Below, piece after piece: positions 1 through 21,186 of a stretch of DNA of 64,000 nt; position 1 is the first letter of the stretch; every line of letters starts with the position of its first letter. Below the pieces are notes generated by a model that was not told the origin of the DNA, ran no database searches, and saw only the letters and a list, made by a program, of their open reading frames with translations. This stretch comes from the human T2T-CHM13v2.0 reference genome, Homo sapiens. The stretch lies in NCBI RefSeq assembly GCF_009914755.1, contig NC_060929.1; one strand, written 5' to 3'. Made by a program: the position numbers and the translations under genes.

Positions 1-3000
1 AGGTTCAAATAATTTTTTTTTTTTTGAGACAAGATTTATCGCCCAGGCTGGACTGCATTGGTGTGATCTTGGCTCAATGCAACCTCCGCCTCCTAGACTC
101 AAATCATCCTCCCACCTCAACCTCCTAATTTTGTAGAGATGGGGTTTTACCATGTTGCCCGGGCTGGTCCTGAACTCATGAGCTCAAGCCATCTGCCCAC
201 CTCAGCCTCTCAAAGTGTTGGGACTACAGGCGTGAGCCACTGCAGCTGGCCTACAGGTTTACCGATTTTCAACATTTTGTCACATTTGTTCTCTTCCTCT
301 CTTTGAACATTTTTTTCCTAAACCATTGCAGAAAAGGTTGCATACAATATGCTCCTTTACTTCCTTAATACTTCAGTGTGTATTTTCTAAGAAAAATATT
401 TTCATACATAATCCCAGCACAGTTATATTCAGGAAATTTAACATTGTATTCCAATATAATAATTCCAAATAACACTGCGATTCTGTCATTGCCCCAATAA
501 TGTTCTGTATAACATTTCCCAAGGGTATGATCCAGTCCAGGACCATTTTTGCATTTAGCCATAACATTCCTTTGGTCTCCTTAGACGGAAAACAGTTGCT
601 CAGTCTTTCTTTGGTTTTCGTGACAATAACATTCTTCAGTTATCGGACCGAGTGGCCCTGGCGGTGGGTCCTCTGATGTGTGCTCATGAGCAGTGCGGTG
701 TGTGGTCTTTGGCAACACCCCACCTGTGAAGCTGTGAACTTACCAGGGCTCCACAGACACCCAGGAGGCCCTTCTGCTCTTGATGATGGCAGTAACCACA
801 CAGTGAAGGTGGGATCCGGTGTCTCCATTGTGCAGTTGCTATTTTTGCTTTTATAATGAGTAGTTTGTGGGGAGATGCTTTGGGATGATGTAAATCCTGT
901 TACTCATCAGAGAGTCCCTACACTTGAAATAGCACTCACGGATGATTCTGGCCTGAATCAATCTGCTAATTCTGTCCTTTCTTCTAGATGTACAGTTGGC
1001 ACTCTACCGTAAGGAACAGCTTTCCCCTCACCTGCTCTGCCTCTCTCTGTCTCCTTATCTACCGATCTGCTATAAGGACAAACACCTATATTCTTATTTC
1101 ATTTGATGGGTTATAATCCATTACTGTCCTTGTGTATTCGAATGCTCGAATTCTCCTAATTTGGCCACTGGGAGGCTCTTGCCGCTGGCTTCTCTGTCCT
1201 TTGGACATGCTGTTATCAAATACTGTGAGCACTCCTTACATTCAGGCTTAACAAAATGTTCCTGGCTTTTGTATCTTCCCTTCCACAGTCCTGATTCAGC
1301 CTTTTTCTCAAAGATTCCTGGTTCCTCTTAGTGAGAAGTGATATTTAGAAAACAAGATCTAAGCAAAAATTATTCCTCTAAAAAGTAACCAAGATGAAAT
1401 TGATAGGGCTTCTATGATGGTTTTATTCCTGGCCTATATCTTATAACCAAGTGCTTAGAAAAACTTCTACATGACCTACAGCTGGAATGAACTAAATTCT
1501 AATTCTTCATTAGAATCAATGCGAAGATAACACAGAATAAATTCTATTAAGGATGGAGGAATTTCTATTCTTTTAACAGCCAGTATAGATTAAAAAAAAA
1601 AAGTTTTGTTCCTTGAGGGAAAAATTAAATAAGCAAAGAATGAAACAATATGTGTTTTTCCAAAATATCAGAGATTTCTTATGGTAATTTTGTTCATAAA
1701 AAGGATAATTATAAACTTATTCATGATGCTATTATTCTTTTCTCTTTTATAGTTTCTTTTATTTCCAAATGATTGTCATATGCTAAGTCAAGATAAACCT
1801 AAAAATGAAAGGAGCTATTTCCATCATAAGAAATTAACTGACTAAATTACACATAAATATGCAATGAATCTGGTGCTTGATATCATACGCAAAGAGAAGC
1901 CGTGATGTGTCATGTCTGCGTAATGGAATTCAAAATTATTCATACAATTATAGGTTTCAAAGTGGCATGAACTCATCCTATTCTAATTACATCTACAAAA
2001 CTTTAAACATAGTTCTGAAAGGTATAAGATAACCCAGCCCTGCCACACACACACATCCCGCCCCCCAGGAACCCCGGTTTCACTGGGCCGCCAGTGTAAC
2101 TCACTCCTGGCACTTCCTCCTCCCCAGGCTCCCCTCTCAAGTCCTACTGGTTGCCCCTAATTTCCTAGACCTCTAATGCCAGGGTCCAGAGCTCATGCCT
2201 TCAACAGCTCATCCTCGTGCTCCCCATGGAGTCTCAGCTACTCCCAGGCTCCATCTGTGCGGATGCCCAACAAACCTACATCTCCAGCCCACCCTCTGGC
2301 CCGAACCCCAGACTCCTTCTCACCCACCACTGCCAGCCTGATGTCATGTACACCCAAACTTCACATGCCCATGCTGACTTTCCCAGCCAGCTCCGCCTGC
2401 ACCTTCCCCAGCATAGTTCAAAGCAACTCCAAGCGTGTGGCAGGATGGCCCGGTGGTCTAAGGTGCTAGACACAAGCTTCCACTTCCCAAGGCAACTCCA
2501 AACTTCCAGTAACTTGGGCCAACACGCTGGGGCTGCCTGTGACCCCACCTTTGTCTCTCTCCCCAACGTTAGATCTGCCAGCTAGTCCTGTGGATTTTAT
2601 CTTCACAATGCACACAGAATTTGATGCTTCTCACCAGCTACTCCGTGGCCTGGACACCTGCAAGAGCTTATAACCTGTCTCCCAGCTTGTACCCACCCCT
2701 GCCTCCACATGGCAGCCTGTGACCCTTCTCAAGCCCAGCCAGCCCTGCATTCCTCTCTGCTCACCCAAGGCTCCTGCCCTTCCAAGGGCTGGTGTCCTTC
2801 CCATCCTGCTTCCTCTCTGACCTCCCCACGCACACTCATGCCACACCTGCCTGCTTGCCGCACTGCCCCCCACCCTGCCCGAGGCGCTCTTCCCTGCACG
2901 CCCCCTCCCTAACCTCAGAGGTCACCTTTGCAGGGATCCTGTCCCTGCCCCACCCCGCCCTTGCTTTGCTTTGCTCCACAGCACTTTTGCTTCTGCTGTA

Positions 3001-3238
3001 TGATGCATCTTCTACAGGCATCTCATGTAATATCTGCTCTCCCCACTAGCATATGAGCACCTGGGGCAGGTGTGTTTTCTCTTGTACTCACTGAAGTATT
3101 CCAAGCGATTAGAACAGGGCTTGCTATAGTGCCCACACTTGTCAAATGAATGAAGGAAAGAAGGAAGAAAAAGTGATTCAGCTACGAGTTATTTTTCTTC
3201 ACTAGAACATAATGATAATATTTTTGTTCATCAGTTCA

Positions 3239-3523
<285 letters not shown>

Positions 3524-5368
3524 TCAAAAAAAAGAAAAAAAAAATTCATAACAGAATTTGTAACTAAAATTGGTCATTCTTTGAAGTTATGAAAGTAGAT
3601 AGCTTTCTGGGAAAAGTATAAATAATGGGTATATTTAGACCACATTCATTCATTCAACAACCGTTTACTGAGTGATGCCTGTGCCAGTGCTGCGGTGCTG
3701 GAGGCCTGGGCCAGCTAGAAGAAGAAAGGCCTGGTCCCTGCCCCTGAGCTGATGGTGCAGTGCACACAGCTAGCAGTGTCGAAGCCTTCAGACAAAGAAA
3801 TGCACAATAACCCATCTAAGGACAGGGCAACAAGGTACTATATGAGAGTAAAGCGGGCCGCTGGAGCTCGCCTCATTGTCATCAAGGACTGCCTTGCAGA
3901 GGAAAAGACAGCTGGCCCATGAGTGGTCAGTGCTGTTCGACGAAGTCCAGAGCCAGGGAGACCACAGTCAGAAGGAAGGAAACACCCCAGGCTCTGGGAA
4001 GAGCAGCAATGGCGAGGTCCAGGGGGCCGAGAGAAGGACGGAGGGCTGGTGCAGAGAGCTGAGGGCAGCATGGCCCAGGGGAGGCTGGAGGGGAGCAGGG
4101 GCCCCTGCGCACCAGCCTCAGGGCCACAGTGAGTATTTGGGCCTTATCCCTAAAAACGGCAAGAAGTCACAGAAGGGTTTTACACAAGAGCAAGGCTGAT
4201 CTGCTCTGCACTTTGAAAAGATGCTCTCAGTGCGTAAGCTCATGTTAAACATGGATGTTCACAACCCCACAACTGGCTTGACCAGATCCAGATGGGATTC
4301 CTGCTCCTTTTTAGATAGATACATACTTGTGTGGAAATGCTAGGGCACCTCTGATTTTGAGCTACAACCGCACAGAGCTGTTAGGGATCATCAGTCTGGT
4401 ATCAGAAGCAGGGGTGAGGGTTTACAGCCCCAGAGATTCCTGGCTCTGGGCCTCCCCAAGGCTCCCCTGGCTCTCTGAGTATCTACCTGGGCATCAGCAG
4501 GGAACGTCACATGGCATGCTGGCTTTGTGGAGTCACCCAGCCACGGCTGGGATGGTCGACTGGCACAGCACACGCCCCCTCCCCTCATGGCCTCCACTGA
4601 GACACAGCTTGATGAAGGCTGAAAGTAGGGGCCTCCACACACAAAACTTAGCCTTCCAAACCAACAGAAGCCATCCCAGCCTCCGCACCCCTGACCGACC
4701 CACCAGCATGAAGACAGCAAGCTGGCCAAATCTCTATTACAGGGAACGTGGACACTTTGTATCCTTCAGCTGCTCCCCTTTCTCCTTGGGAATAGTGAAA
4801 TGGTACATGTTCCTTATTTCAGATTTCTCTACATACAGAAGAATGGACAGTAATCACAAAAGTATTCATAAATAATAAGACTCTTATTTCCCCTGATTGA
4901 ACAGCTCCATAAAGTGAGTCAGTCTACTTCAAACATGGTAAGAAGCACCCGGAGTCGGCTCCACAGGTCCTGGAGTGACGATGACTACCAAAGGCCACTG
5001 CTGCCCCCCGCTGGGACAAGTAATCCTGATTTCATCATCCTGCCTCTCCACAACGCATGGAATTTCCAGTAAATGCTAACATTCTATTTTTATAAAGCAC
5101 AGATTCAAATTAAAGTTACTTGTCTCCAAAAAGCTAACAATTCCATTTTAGAACGAAAGCCCAAACATCACAGGTAATAAATCACCATCAAAATTGCGTA
5201 TCAATCTATGATCCCAATCAGTTTTTTAAAAATGACCAGGGAGTGTGCCCTTCTACCTCATTTCACTTCTATAAGAAAAGGCTGAATACCAAAGTTTGGT
5301 CTTAATTTTAGGCCTAATGAGAATTATAAATGTACAGGATACTGTCACTTTCAAGAACATTTTACAAG

Positions 5369-5685
<317 letters not shown>

Positions 5686-6532
5686 TTATATTTTAAAAGT
5701 AAAGAATATGGCATTATACTGAAGGTCTTAGTAGTAGAAATACATTTCTCAAGCACTGAAATGTCTTATACAAAAATTTGGGTATTAATTAAAAAACAAA
5801 ATAAAAAAAGGTAAATTGTCTTTTTAAAAAATTAAAACCCTATCAGCTATATCACAGCATTTTAGCAAACATTCAATTCTGCCAATTTTATTATGGCTAC
5901 AATGATAGACTTTGAAACGTGAAAAGGGATTTCTTTCCATGGTCTGTGCACCAGCAATACAGCAAAAGCTTCCCACCATGACCATCCTTCCAAAGGCTAA
6001 GGAGGGCCATTTTCAGTACAATACTGTGGCATTTTCACTTTTGAAAGTACATAATCAAAGTTCAATATGCCATCCTCTAGCAAATCAGTAAACTGAGGTA
6101 AACTGAAACTACTCAATGCTCATCCACCCAGAAAATTATCTTCCTTCCAAATGGGAGGAATGATCAATTCAGAGGGAACATCCCATTAACTTTCCGGAGC
6201 GATTTCAGCGAAGTGGAAGTGAGCGGCTGTGAAAACTGCAAACTACATTAGACACGGGACCTCAGAAAGCAGTTTCCAAACTGGAATGTTTAAGGCTTAG
6301 GGAAATCATTGAGAATTTAATCTGAAGCCAAAGTTTAAAAGTATGACTGAATCTTTTATGATTAAACTTCTAAGACTCTGAAGTATTTTATTAAATCAAT
6401 GAACTGAAATCCAGTGTTCCCTAAAATCTCTGGGAGGCCATCACCCTCACACGGGTGAGTGGTGGTGTTGTGGCTGGAAGGGCCTTCAACATCATCTAAC
6501 CCCAAACAGAGAGCAGGAAAGTGCATACTCAC

Positions 6533-6583
6533 CATCTGAGGCACACCGAAAATAACAACGTTCGAGTACTGCGAAAAAGTAAC
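6533..6583 (-). CDS. ATPSCKMT: ATPSCKMT coding exon 4 (gene continues beyond left edge)
   Basis: cag|GTTACT ... CAGATG|gtgagt, 51 nt; VTFSQYSNVVIFGVPQM; final exon not found in window. Confidence 0.95.
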
Positions 6584-7799
6584 CTGAACAAGGTGGGAAA
6601 ATAATCAGTAGATTAAGTGCAAAAAGCCAAACGTGAAGCTTAACTTGTTTTACAGAAATGGGTAGCAGTTTTCCATTTTACCAAACGGTGGGTTTTGATG
6701 AACTCCTAAGAACAGCGGCCCTCCTTAAGATTTCACAAGGAAAAGAATAACATGTTCATGCTCTCATTCATTTTAATTCAATCCACTGCAGTTTTCCAAA
6801 CGCTTCCCTGTAAGTCATCCCATCTCATCCTCAGGGTGACTCCATCCAGGGCACGCCCCAGTGGTCATGCGTCAGACAGCTAGTGACCACACTGTGACCC
6901 CACTGTGACCAGCTGGTGGCACCGGGGCCACGTGTTCCCGCACCAGTCCACTCTATACCACCAGCTTCACCAGAACACAGGAGACTTCAGAACCATCTGT
7001 TTTTTGTTGTTGTTGAACCATCCTTAAAATTTGAGTCCCCCTCCTCTTCTCTAAAATACTATGTAAAAAAGTGCAATAAAATGGTCTTTAGTTGAAAAAC
7101 TGGGGGGAAATGTGCTTTGCCAGTTAAAATTCTTATTGCCCAATAAGTCTTATTTACTCTATAGAGAGATCGTTTATGCACATATGGCATAAAAAAACAA
7201 TGCAAGCAAAACTCAAGTGAATTTTTGTAAGCTACTGATGACAATATTACAATGGAAAATTCTTATTTAAGAAAAAGCATTTTATGGAACATTCCTAAAG
7301 CAAAATTACAGGGCATTTTTAGAGTTTTTAGAGTACAAATAAATTTGGAAGTATCTTATACTTTATGAGGATAAGAAATAACCGTGATAGCACGATTCTC
7401 CAGCAACCATCTCTGTGTCTCTCTAAATATACGAATATGCATACACACACTCACACAGGCACACAAATGGAAAAGTCTAATATTTATCAATAATAATTTA
7501 TAGGATTTCCAAATGAGATGAAAAATCTCATTATTTTGTAAGAAACAGAAATGACAACATTTTAATTTAGTAAATAAATTCTTGGAATTCACAAGACCTA
7601 TCATATAAAAACTTTAAGCTTCTCTCTAAAGGAGACTATTTGTAAAACGTATCAATTTTACATATTTCATTATGCCAGAATATTCACTTGGATTTTAATT
7701 ATTTTTCTTTTAATACATTTTTCAGTTCTCAGTCATACTAATTTTGAATAATAAAATTTTCCCTTGGATTTCTCTAGGGCCATTCTCTGCCTTACATAC

Positions 7800-7937
7800 C
7801 TTCCACAAATCTGAAATATAAAATTTGGCAGATCCATGCACACCTTCTCGCCAAGCGCGGTATCTGGAATACCAAACTAGCCATGGGTTTAATTCATAAC
7901 CAACTGCTGTGAACCCTTTCTTCGCAGCCGCTATGAC
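7800..7937 (-). CDS. ATPSCKMT: ATPSCKMT coding exon 3
   Basis: cag|GTCATA ... TGGAAG|gtatgt, 138 nt; [25 protein letters not shown]...SDLWK. Confidence 0.97.
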
Positions 7938-8710
7938 CTGTGGAGAGAGGCAGGATTTATTCAAAATAAGAAGAAAAAATGAACATACATGGTCAAACAA
8001 TATGAATATTTCCTATCAATGGTTTAAACATCCAATCAAAAAGCACCTCCCGTGACTAAGACATCATTTTAAAATGTGTCTCTAAAGCGATATAGCTTTG
8101 TGGACAACGTAATAGTCAACCCATGCAACTTAGTTTTCTTGATTGGTTAAAGACTTCACCTCAAGTATCAGAATAGACATTCAGGTTCACTTGGAACACC
8201 TCCATAATTGATTCTAGGTCAGCCAACCCCCGGGGAGGTCGAACAAAACATTGCTGAAAATCCACTGCATCTCTCCATCAGTGGGCTAGCACAGCAGCAG
8301 TGAAATGAAAGTGTCTGGGAGGATGGTTTTGTGAACAAGTAATAATATGCAATAAAAATAACCTGTCAATGAAAAATCTGCAATTAGTTACATATTTCCT
8401 TTGTAGTTAATGACTGTTTACTCAAAACTGAAAACAGGTAAAAGTAAAATGAAATGAATCCCAATAACGTCAACTGTGGAATCCCACTGGCCTCCGGAGA
8501 GTGGGAGGGATGTGGGGCAGTCCTGGGTTCTCTCTGCCTGTTCTGTCCTGCCCCATTCTTTAAGGGAGCATCCCTTGACTCAGCTGTCCCACCTAAGATA
8601 GTTCCCAAGTACTACAGTGCTGCAAGAAAACATTTTCTCAGAAACCACAGATACTCTTCAAATACGTAAAGCATTCAAATATGAATTTCAAAACTTTCTC
8701 CTTGATTTAT

Positions 8711-9287
<577 letters not shown>

Positions 9288-10388
9288 TGAACTCCTGACC
9301 TCGTGATCTGCCCACCTCAGCCTCCCAAAGTGCTGGGATTACAGGCATGAGCCACCACACCTGGCCACTAATAAATTTCTTAGAAACAAATAGTGGCTCC
9401 CAGAGGGTGAGGGGAGGAGAGGAGTAGAAAGTTATTATTTAATCGGGGCAGAGTTTCAGTTTTGCAAGATGAAAAGAGTTCTGGAGATGGGTGGTGGTGA
9501 TGGTGGCACGGCAACGTGAATATGCTTCACACCCCGAACCGTACACCTGCACATGGTTAAGATGGTAAACACTACGGTATGTGTATCTTAACACAATTTT
9601 ATAAGTAAAAAAAAAAAATTAAATTAAAAATATCTTAACTTTCTAACCTCCTCGTGATTATTCTAGCTCAGAATCACAAAATCAGTCTCTATGTCTGTAG
9701 GAGCCGGTGAAAGGTGATAGAGTCCTGCTGGCCTTCACACTAAATGCTTCCATAGCACCAGCCTTTCCCACTGCTGCTGGAACTTTTCAGCTTATCTCTG
9801 GGATGAGGCTAAGGATGGTGCCACCCTGCCCACAGAGGAACCTGCTCTGAGACACCCACTTGCCCATCAGTGGCCTTTTATTTATAGGTGCCCAACTGCG
9901 GTCAAGTGAGAGAAGTTCATAAAAAGACTGATCTTCGGCTTAGTGAGGGTTAATCACTGGCTCTTTCTTAACTCTGTATTACCCCAGGAATTATTACTTA
10001 TACATGGATAAATACAGACAAATGCAGAAGCAAACAACTATGGGGCAAAAATGTAAAGGAGTGAAATGCCATGATTTAACATATTTCTTCTCATGCCACC
10101 TCTGTTGGCCCATGTATTTTAAGAGACAATTTGATAATTACCAGTTAACTGTTCTTTTTCACCTGGCATGTTTACAGCACACTTCCTCCTTTAAGAACAA
10201 ATTAAATCTGGGAAAAATGAATTCCAAACACACTGGTAGTTGAATAGTTTGGTCAAACAAACATAAAATGAAATGAGCACTCTTTCAAGCTGTCAGATTT
10301 AGTTAAGTCTTTGTGTAAGCCTTACTAAATGTAAAGCAGAAATTTTAAGTTCTGGTTTCAAACCTTAAAATGTTTTAGCAGAACTCAC

Positions 10389-10678
10389 AATGCGTCCGTC
10401 CCCACTACCGATGTCCACAAGGGATCCTCTTCGGCATCGCAACATTTTCACAACATTTTCAATCTGCTTCGTAGTTGCAGGTACAAACGGCAAACAGACT
10501 TTTCGAAGGGCTGGCGTTACAAACGGCGTGGCTACAGCGTACACAGCCACCAGGGTGCCACCCACAAGCCCAGTAAGTAAGAACCCCCAGTTGCTTTTCT
10601 GCAAACTGTTGACTTCAAAACTTGCAGGTAGAACATGTCTTGACTGACTTTCTTCTTTAAGTGTTTCTAGGGGTATAC
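10389..10678 (-). CDS. ATPSCKMT: ATPSCKMT coding exon 2 (TM segment and start of 7-beta-strand MTase, motif I VDIGSGDG)
   Basis: ctag|GTATACCC acceptor, CGCATT|gtgagt donor, 290 nt; peptide [12 protein letters not shown]...[12 protein letters not shown]. Confidence 0.97.
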
Positions 10679-11266
10679 CTAGATTGAAAGCAAGCAGAAG
10701 AGACACATGTAGCACCAAATCTGAAATCCAAGAGAGCATTTTTTTCTACAATTCTCATTGGCAAACAAACTCATGCTTTTTAAAGGATAATTTAGCTGAA
10801 TACAAGCTAAATGTCAACTGTAGGATCCCACAATTAGTTCTAAATCCTATTAAGGTATTTTGAAGAACATTATTCAATACTATGAGAAGACTAAAATCTT
10901 TTCTTTCCAAAGTACTGATTTTTTGTGTGTCTAGGAGTCATCCTTACAAAACAATGTATTCAAACTTATCGAGTAATTTATTAATTTAATATCCATTAGT
11001 ACAAGTTTTAATCATGCACTACATATTTTTATGTTCTGAACTAACAAAGCCTCATAAACAAATAAGCATAAAGATGTCTAATTATTACCCAATTTCAAGT
11101 AGAATTAAAGGATTCCACATCAAATCTGGTCTGGCATCTACAATCCAGTTTCACCAATACAATTTTAAAGTAATAGAAGAGACAAAAATCAGGTTTTACC
11201 AAATATCTTAAATAAGTATGGTAATAAAGAGACTTTTACAGCGGATCCAAAAAGAACAAAAAATAA

Positions 11267-11630
<364 letters not shown>

Positions 11631-12034
11631 TCACTGATTACAAAGAAATGAATGGTACCTTAAATATCCTTTTGAGATTTGTCCTTTAAAATGCATTTAA
11701 ATGGGATCTCAAGATTTTGAAATTAATATTGACAAAATTGATTTTAAAATTGATTAACGAGGAGCACAGTACAGGAGGTAAAAGCAGGACTCCTCCAGGG
11801 CCAGCCAAAGTTAGGATCCCAGCTCTGCCACCTCACTAATGATGGGACCCTGAATCCCTGGTCCTTGCTGAGCCTGTTTTCTCATCTGCAAAGTGGGGGT
11901 CACAGGGATATTGTGAGGATGAAATGAGTGTATGGAGGTAAAGCACTTAGAACAGGGTCGAATGCAGTTATAGGTTTCCTATAACTGCTGTAAGAAATTG
12001 TCACAAAATTAGTGGCTTAAAATAACACCATTTA

Positions 12035-12316
<282 letters not shown>

Positions 12317-13059
12317 TCAAAAAAAAAAAAAAAAGAAAAGAAAATCACCATTTATTATCATACAGTTCTGGAGGTCAGTCTGAAATGAATTGGCAGGCCT
12401 GCGTTCCTTCTGGGGGCCCTCGGGCAGGTTTTCTTGTCTCTTCCTGCTTCCAGAGGCTGCCCACATTCCTAGGCTCTTGACCCCACATCACTCCAATCTC
12501 TGCTTCTGTCCTGACATCACCTTCTCTCACATGCCTGGCTCCCTCTTAATTTATAGGAACCCTCATGATAACACTGGGCCCACATAAATAATCCAAAATA
12601 ATCTCCCATCTCAAGACCATTGATTACATCTGTACAGGTGCAGGAATTAGAATGTGGACATTCCTGGAGAGGACATTTTTCTTCCCACCACACCCATGAA
12701 CTACGGCAATCTATTCTAGTGCAGTACAAATTTGAACCCAAGACACACAGAAAGCTGGCACACAGCAGTGGGTCACCCTCAGGGCAGCCAGCCAATCGCC
12801 AGCATCCCCCACTCAGCGCAGCTTTGTTCTTGATTCCTGAAGCCCCTTAAAATGAGTTGTAAAACTGATTTCACAGTGGAAAACCAACTGGGTCGGCGGA
12901 GGGGGCGGTGGGAGGAAGAATGCTACTAATGCTAGTGCTAGTATTAATGCTAGTGATGGGGGTAAAGAAAATTAACTTTAAGAAGGTGATGGCATTTGAT
13001 AGAAAGCAAAAGCTTTAAATAATTTCAGTTATAATTTTGGCATTTTACGGAGGAACTTA

Positions 13060-15910
<2,851 letters not shown>

Positions 15911-15951
15911 TGTTTGCTCAAGTGGTAGTCATGCATTTATTTAAGAAAAGT

Positions 15952-17790
<1,839 letters not shown>

Positions 17791-20304
17791 GAATCCCCTA
17801 TTCTGGACTTAAAGGAATGGAATTGTATAGTGTGTGGACTTCTGTAACTGACATTTTTTACTTAGCATGTCTTCAAGATTCATCCAGGTTGCAACTTGTA
17901 TCAGTTCTTTGTTTCTTTTTATGGCTTAATAATATTCCATTGTATGGATATGCCATATTTTTGCTTATGCATTTGTTCACCAAGTTTATTAAACAAACAC
18001 AAGTCAGATGACCCAAATTTCATTTTTCACCTGTGTAGATATGTACCTTTCAATTCAACCAGCAAAAGATGTAATAAAAAGTTCCTGTTCTTCACGGCCT
18101 CCCATCTAGGCAGATGAGGGGTGGGGTCCAGGAGAGGCAGACACAGGGCTGGTTGTGAGAAATGCTATAACACAAACAAAACGCTACAGGCATATGGGAG
18201 AGGCGGAGGAAAGACCGATTCCAACAATGGGACCAGTGAGGTGTTGGCAGAGAGAATATTTGAGCTGGAGCCAAAAGCAGCAAGCCTTGGAACCAAGGTG
18301 TGGAAGGCAGGGAAAGCCTTTCTGGAGCACAGAGTGAGAGACAAACAGGAAGGCAGGCCTCTGAAGGCCAGGCTGAATGTGTATTTTATTCTATGTGCAC
18401 TGTGATGAAACTTTTTGAGCAAAGTCACCATAATATTTGTGTTTTTAAGAAAGGCAACACAGGGGCAATGAGTCTCTTGATGAAATCATTCTATTTTCTG
18501 TCCCAGGTTTTGATGCCTGCAAGTCTTGCAACGTAACAAACATTTGCATGGGGAAATCAAGATCCATACCCATTGCTGGAGCTTTGGAAGAAGTTACTAT
18601 GTACATCCAATATAGGATGTACAATATAGGAACTACATTGTTAGCTCCATTCAGGAAAAACAATTGATTCCTTTTTGCGATGGGGTCTCACTCTGTCGTC
18701 CAGGCTGGAGTGCAGTAGCACAATCACAGCTCACCACAGCCTTGACCTCTCAGGCTCAAACGATCCTCCCACTTCAGCCTCCCAGGTAGCTGGGACTACA
18801 GGCACATGCCACCACACCCAGCTAATTTTTTAAATTTTTTTCTTTAGAGACAAGGTCTCCCTATGTTGCCCAGGCTGGTCTCAAACTCCTGGGCTCAAGC
18901 AATTCTCTCGCCTCAGCCTCCTAAAGTGCCTCCATGCCAGGACCTGTATTGATTCTTATCAGTAAAAATCAGGCCCTGAATATTCAAAACTAAAATCAAG
19001 ACTGTTTCTACAAATCCTTCTAACGGAACATGTTCAGACTCCCAGACTATCCTATATATAAATGGCAAGAACTTTCTTTCAGGTGTTCTTTGGAACAAGG
19101 AGCCATTCTATTAAATAATGGCTGCAGTGGCCACTGGCTACTTTCATTGAGCACTTAGTAGTCCATCCTTGAAAGTCAAACACAGAATGAGGTTAACTTC
19201 TACTGTGTCCAGGCCCTGCTTGCTTATTGACTTCTAATATTGGTTGAAAACTTCAATTTTTAGTGGCAGATTTGGATCAGCTGAAGCTAGAGGCAGTGAC
19301 AGATGTACAATAAGGTACCCAAGGTTCTTATCCAAGTTCAAGCCAAAAGAAAAAGGCCAAGAAGAGAGAAGGAGCCTGTTTGGAATAGTAACTAGCCACG
19401 TGTTTAAAGCGGGCTTATATCAGAATGTCACAACTCATAAGGACTGTTCATTGTGCACTTGTATGTGCATACCTGTTTAATAACTACAGCATATGTTATG
19501 TCCCTTTAGCATATATTCTTATGTCCTTAAGAAGCCTTTCTTATACTAATGTCATTTGTGTCCTTTTGACATACATGAGCTATTGATATTAGGAAAAATC
19601 CTCTCTCACTCCCCAGTGTTTTGACAGGGAATCAACTACACAGAGGATGCCATAGGACATTCTATTTTTCACAACAATCGAAGGAGCCAAATGAATTGCA
19701 GAAGTCACCATTTTTAATGAGGAAACACTGAATTGGCAAAGCTAACGTGAAATAAGACCTGACTCCAAAATCTAAAATGTCCTTGAAGAACACTTCAAGG
19801 TCTAGCGCGTAAGTATGCCAAGCATGAAGAGTTAACAGATCACCAACCATCCCATGACAGTCAGTCCTCCCTGTTTTTAGAGACAGAATCTCGCTCTGTC
19901 GCCCAGGATGGAGTGCAGTGGCGCGATTATAGCGCACTGTAAACTGAACTCCTGGGCTCCACCCATCCTCCTGCCTCAGCCCCAGAGTAGATGGGAATAC
20001 AGTCGCCAAGTCTGTTCTTGAGTTTCAGGACAGGGTCAAATGTTATAGTGCATGTATTCATTTCAGCACTTATTGAGTGCCTAATAAAGTCTGGGAATAA
20101 TACAACTTTATTAGTTAAGTCCCTGCCCATGGCAGTAGGGGAGAAGCAAGGATGGAAACCCTCAACAAATAAATCTAAACCTATCAAATATTAAGTCATG
20201 ATCTTGGAGGGCGGGGAGGAAGGCAGCATAAGAGATTTAGAGGACAGCTGCGGTTGCCAAGATCTTTCTGAGGCAGCATAATACAGGGCTTAAGAGTGAG
20301 ACCT

Positions 20305-20595
<291 letters not shown>

Positions 20596-21170
20596 GAGTG
20601 TGGGACCCATTGCATCAGGCTGTGTAACTGTTTCTTACTAGCTGTATACCAGTGGCAAGTTACTGAACCATTTGTGCAAAATGTTAATTTATTTACCAAC
20701 ACTGTGTTCAGCTTGCCAGGCACCGTTCTCCTTGAATCTCACAGCAGCCCTGTGAGTAGGCACTACTGTTACCACCGTCACTTTGCAGACAGGGAACCCG
20801 AGGGACAAAGAAGTTAAGGGATTTCCTCAAAGCCACAGCTAGGAAGAGCGGCAGAACTGCGATTCCAATCCATCAGTGTGCCTCCACTATCCCTATTCCT
20901 TAAGATCGTGCCAAAGGCTGAGTCACTTGCACTAAGTAGCCTAGAACAGTCTCTGGGGAAACGCGCCCGCCGACAAGGATCGCCAGAACCTGCGCGGGCA
21001 CCGCGCGGCGACCAGGAGCTCTGGTCACCGAAGGCCAGGCTGGAGGCCAGAGCAGCCGCCCGCACCCGGTCACCGCCTCGACAGTGGAGACCTCAGCTGA
21101 CCGCGAGCCCCCGGCCCGCCCGCACCCCTTCTCATGCCCCCAGGAACCCGCCAAGCCGCTCCAGCCTCAC

Positions 21171-21186
21171 CTCCTCCTCCCTCCAT
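21171..21186 (-). CDS. ATPSCKMT: ATP synthase c-subunit lysine N-methyltransferase (FAM173B), coding exon 1
   Basis: Reverse strand reads ATG GAG GGA GGA GGA G|gtgagg (MEGGG-); the phase-1 donor joins exon 2 to give MEGGGGIPLETL. Confidence 0.95.

Noticed and set aside
4327-4875. 182-aa + strand ORF antisense in ATPSCKMT intron 4
   Set aside because: TTG start, no recognisable domain; length is plausible by chance in GC-richer sequence
10679-10739. In-frame intronic ATG extending ATPSCKMT exon 2 ([10 protein letters not shown]...)
   Set aside because: It spans the polypyrimidine tract and acceptor; the true exon 1 is at 21171-21186 and no nearby promoter is evident
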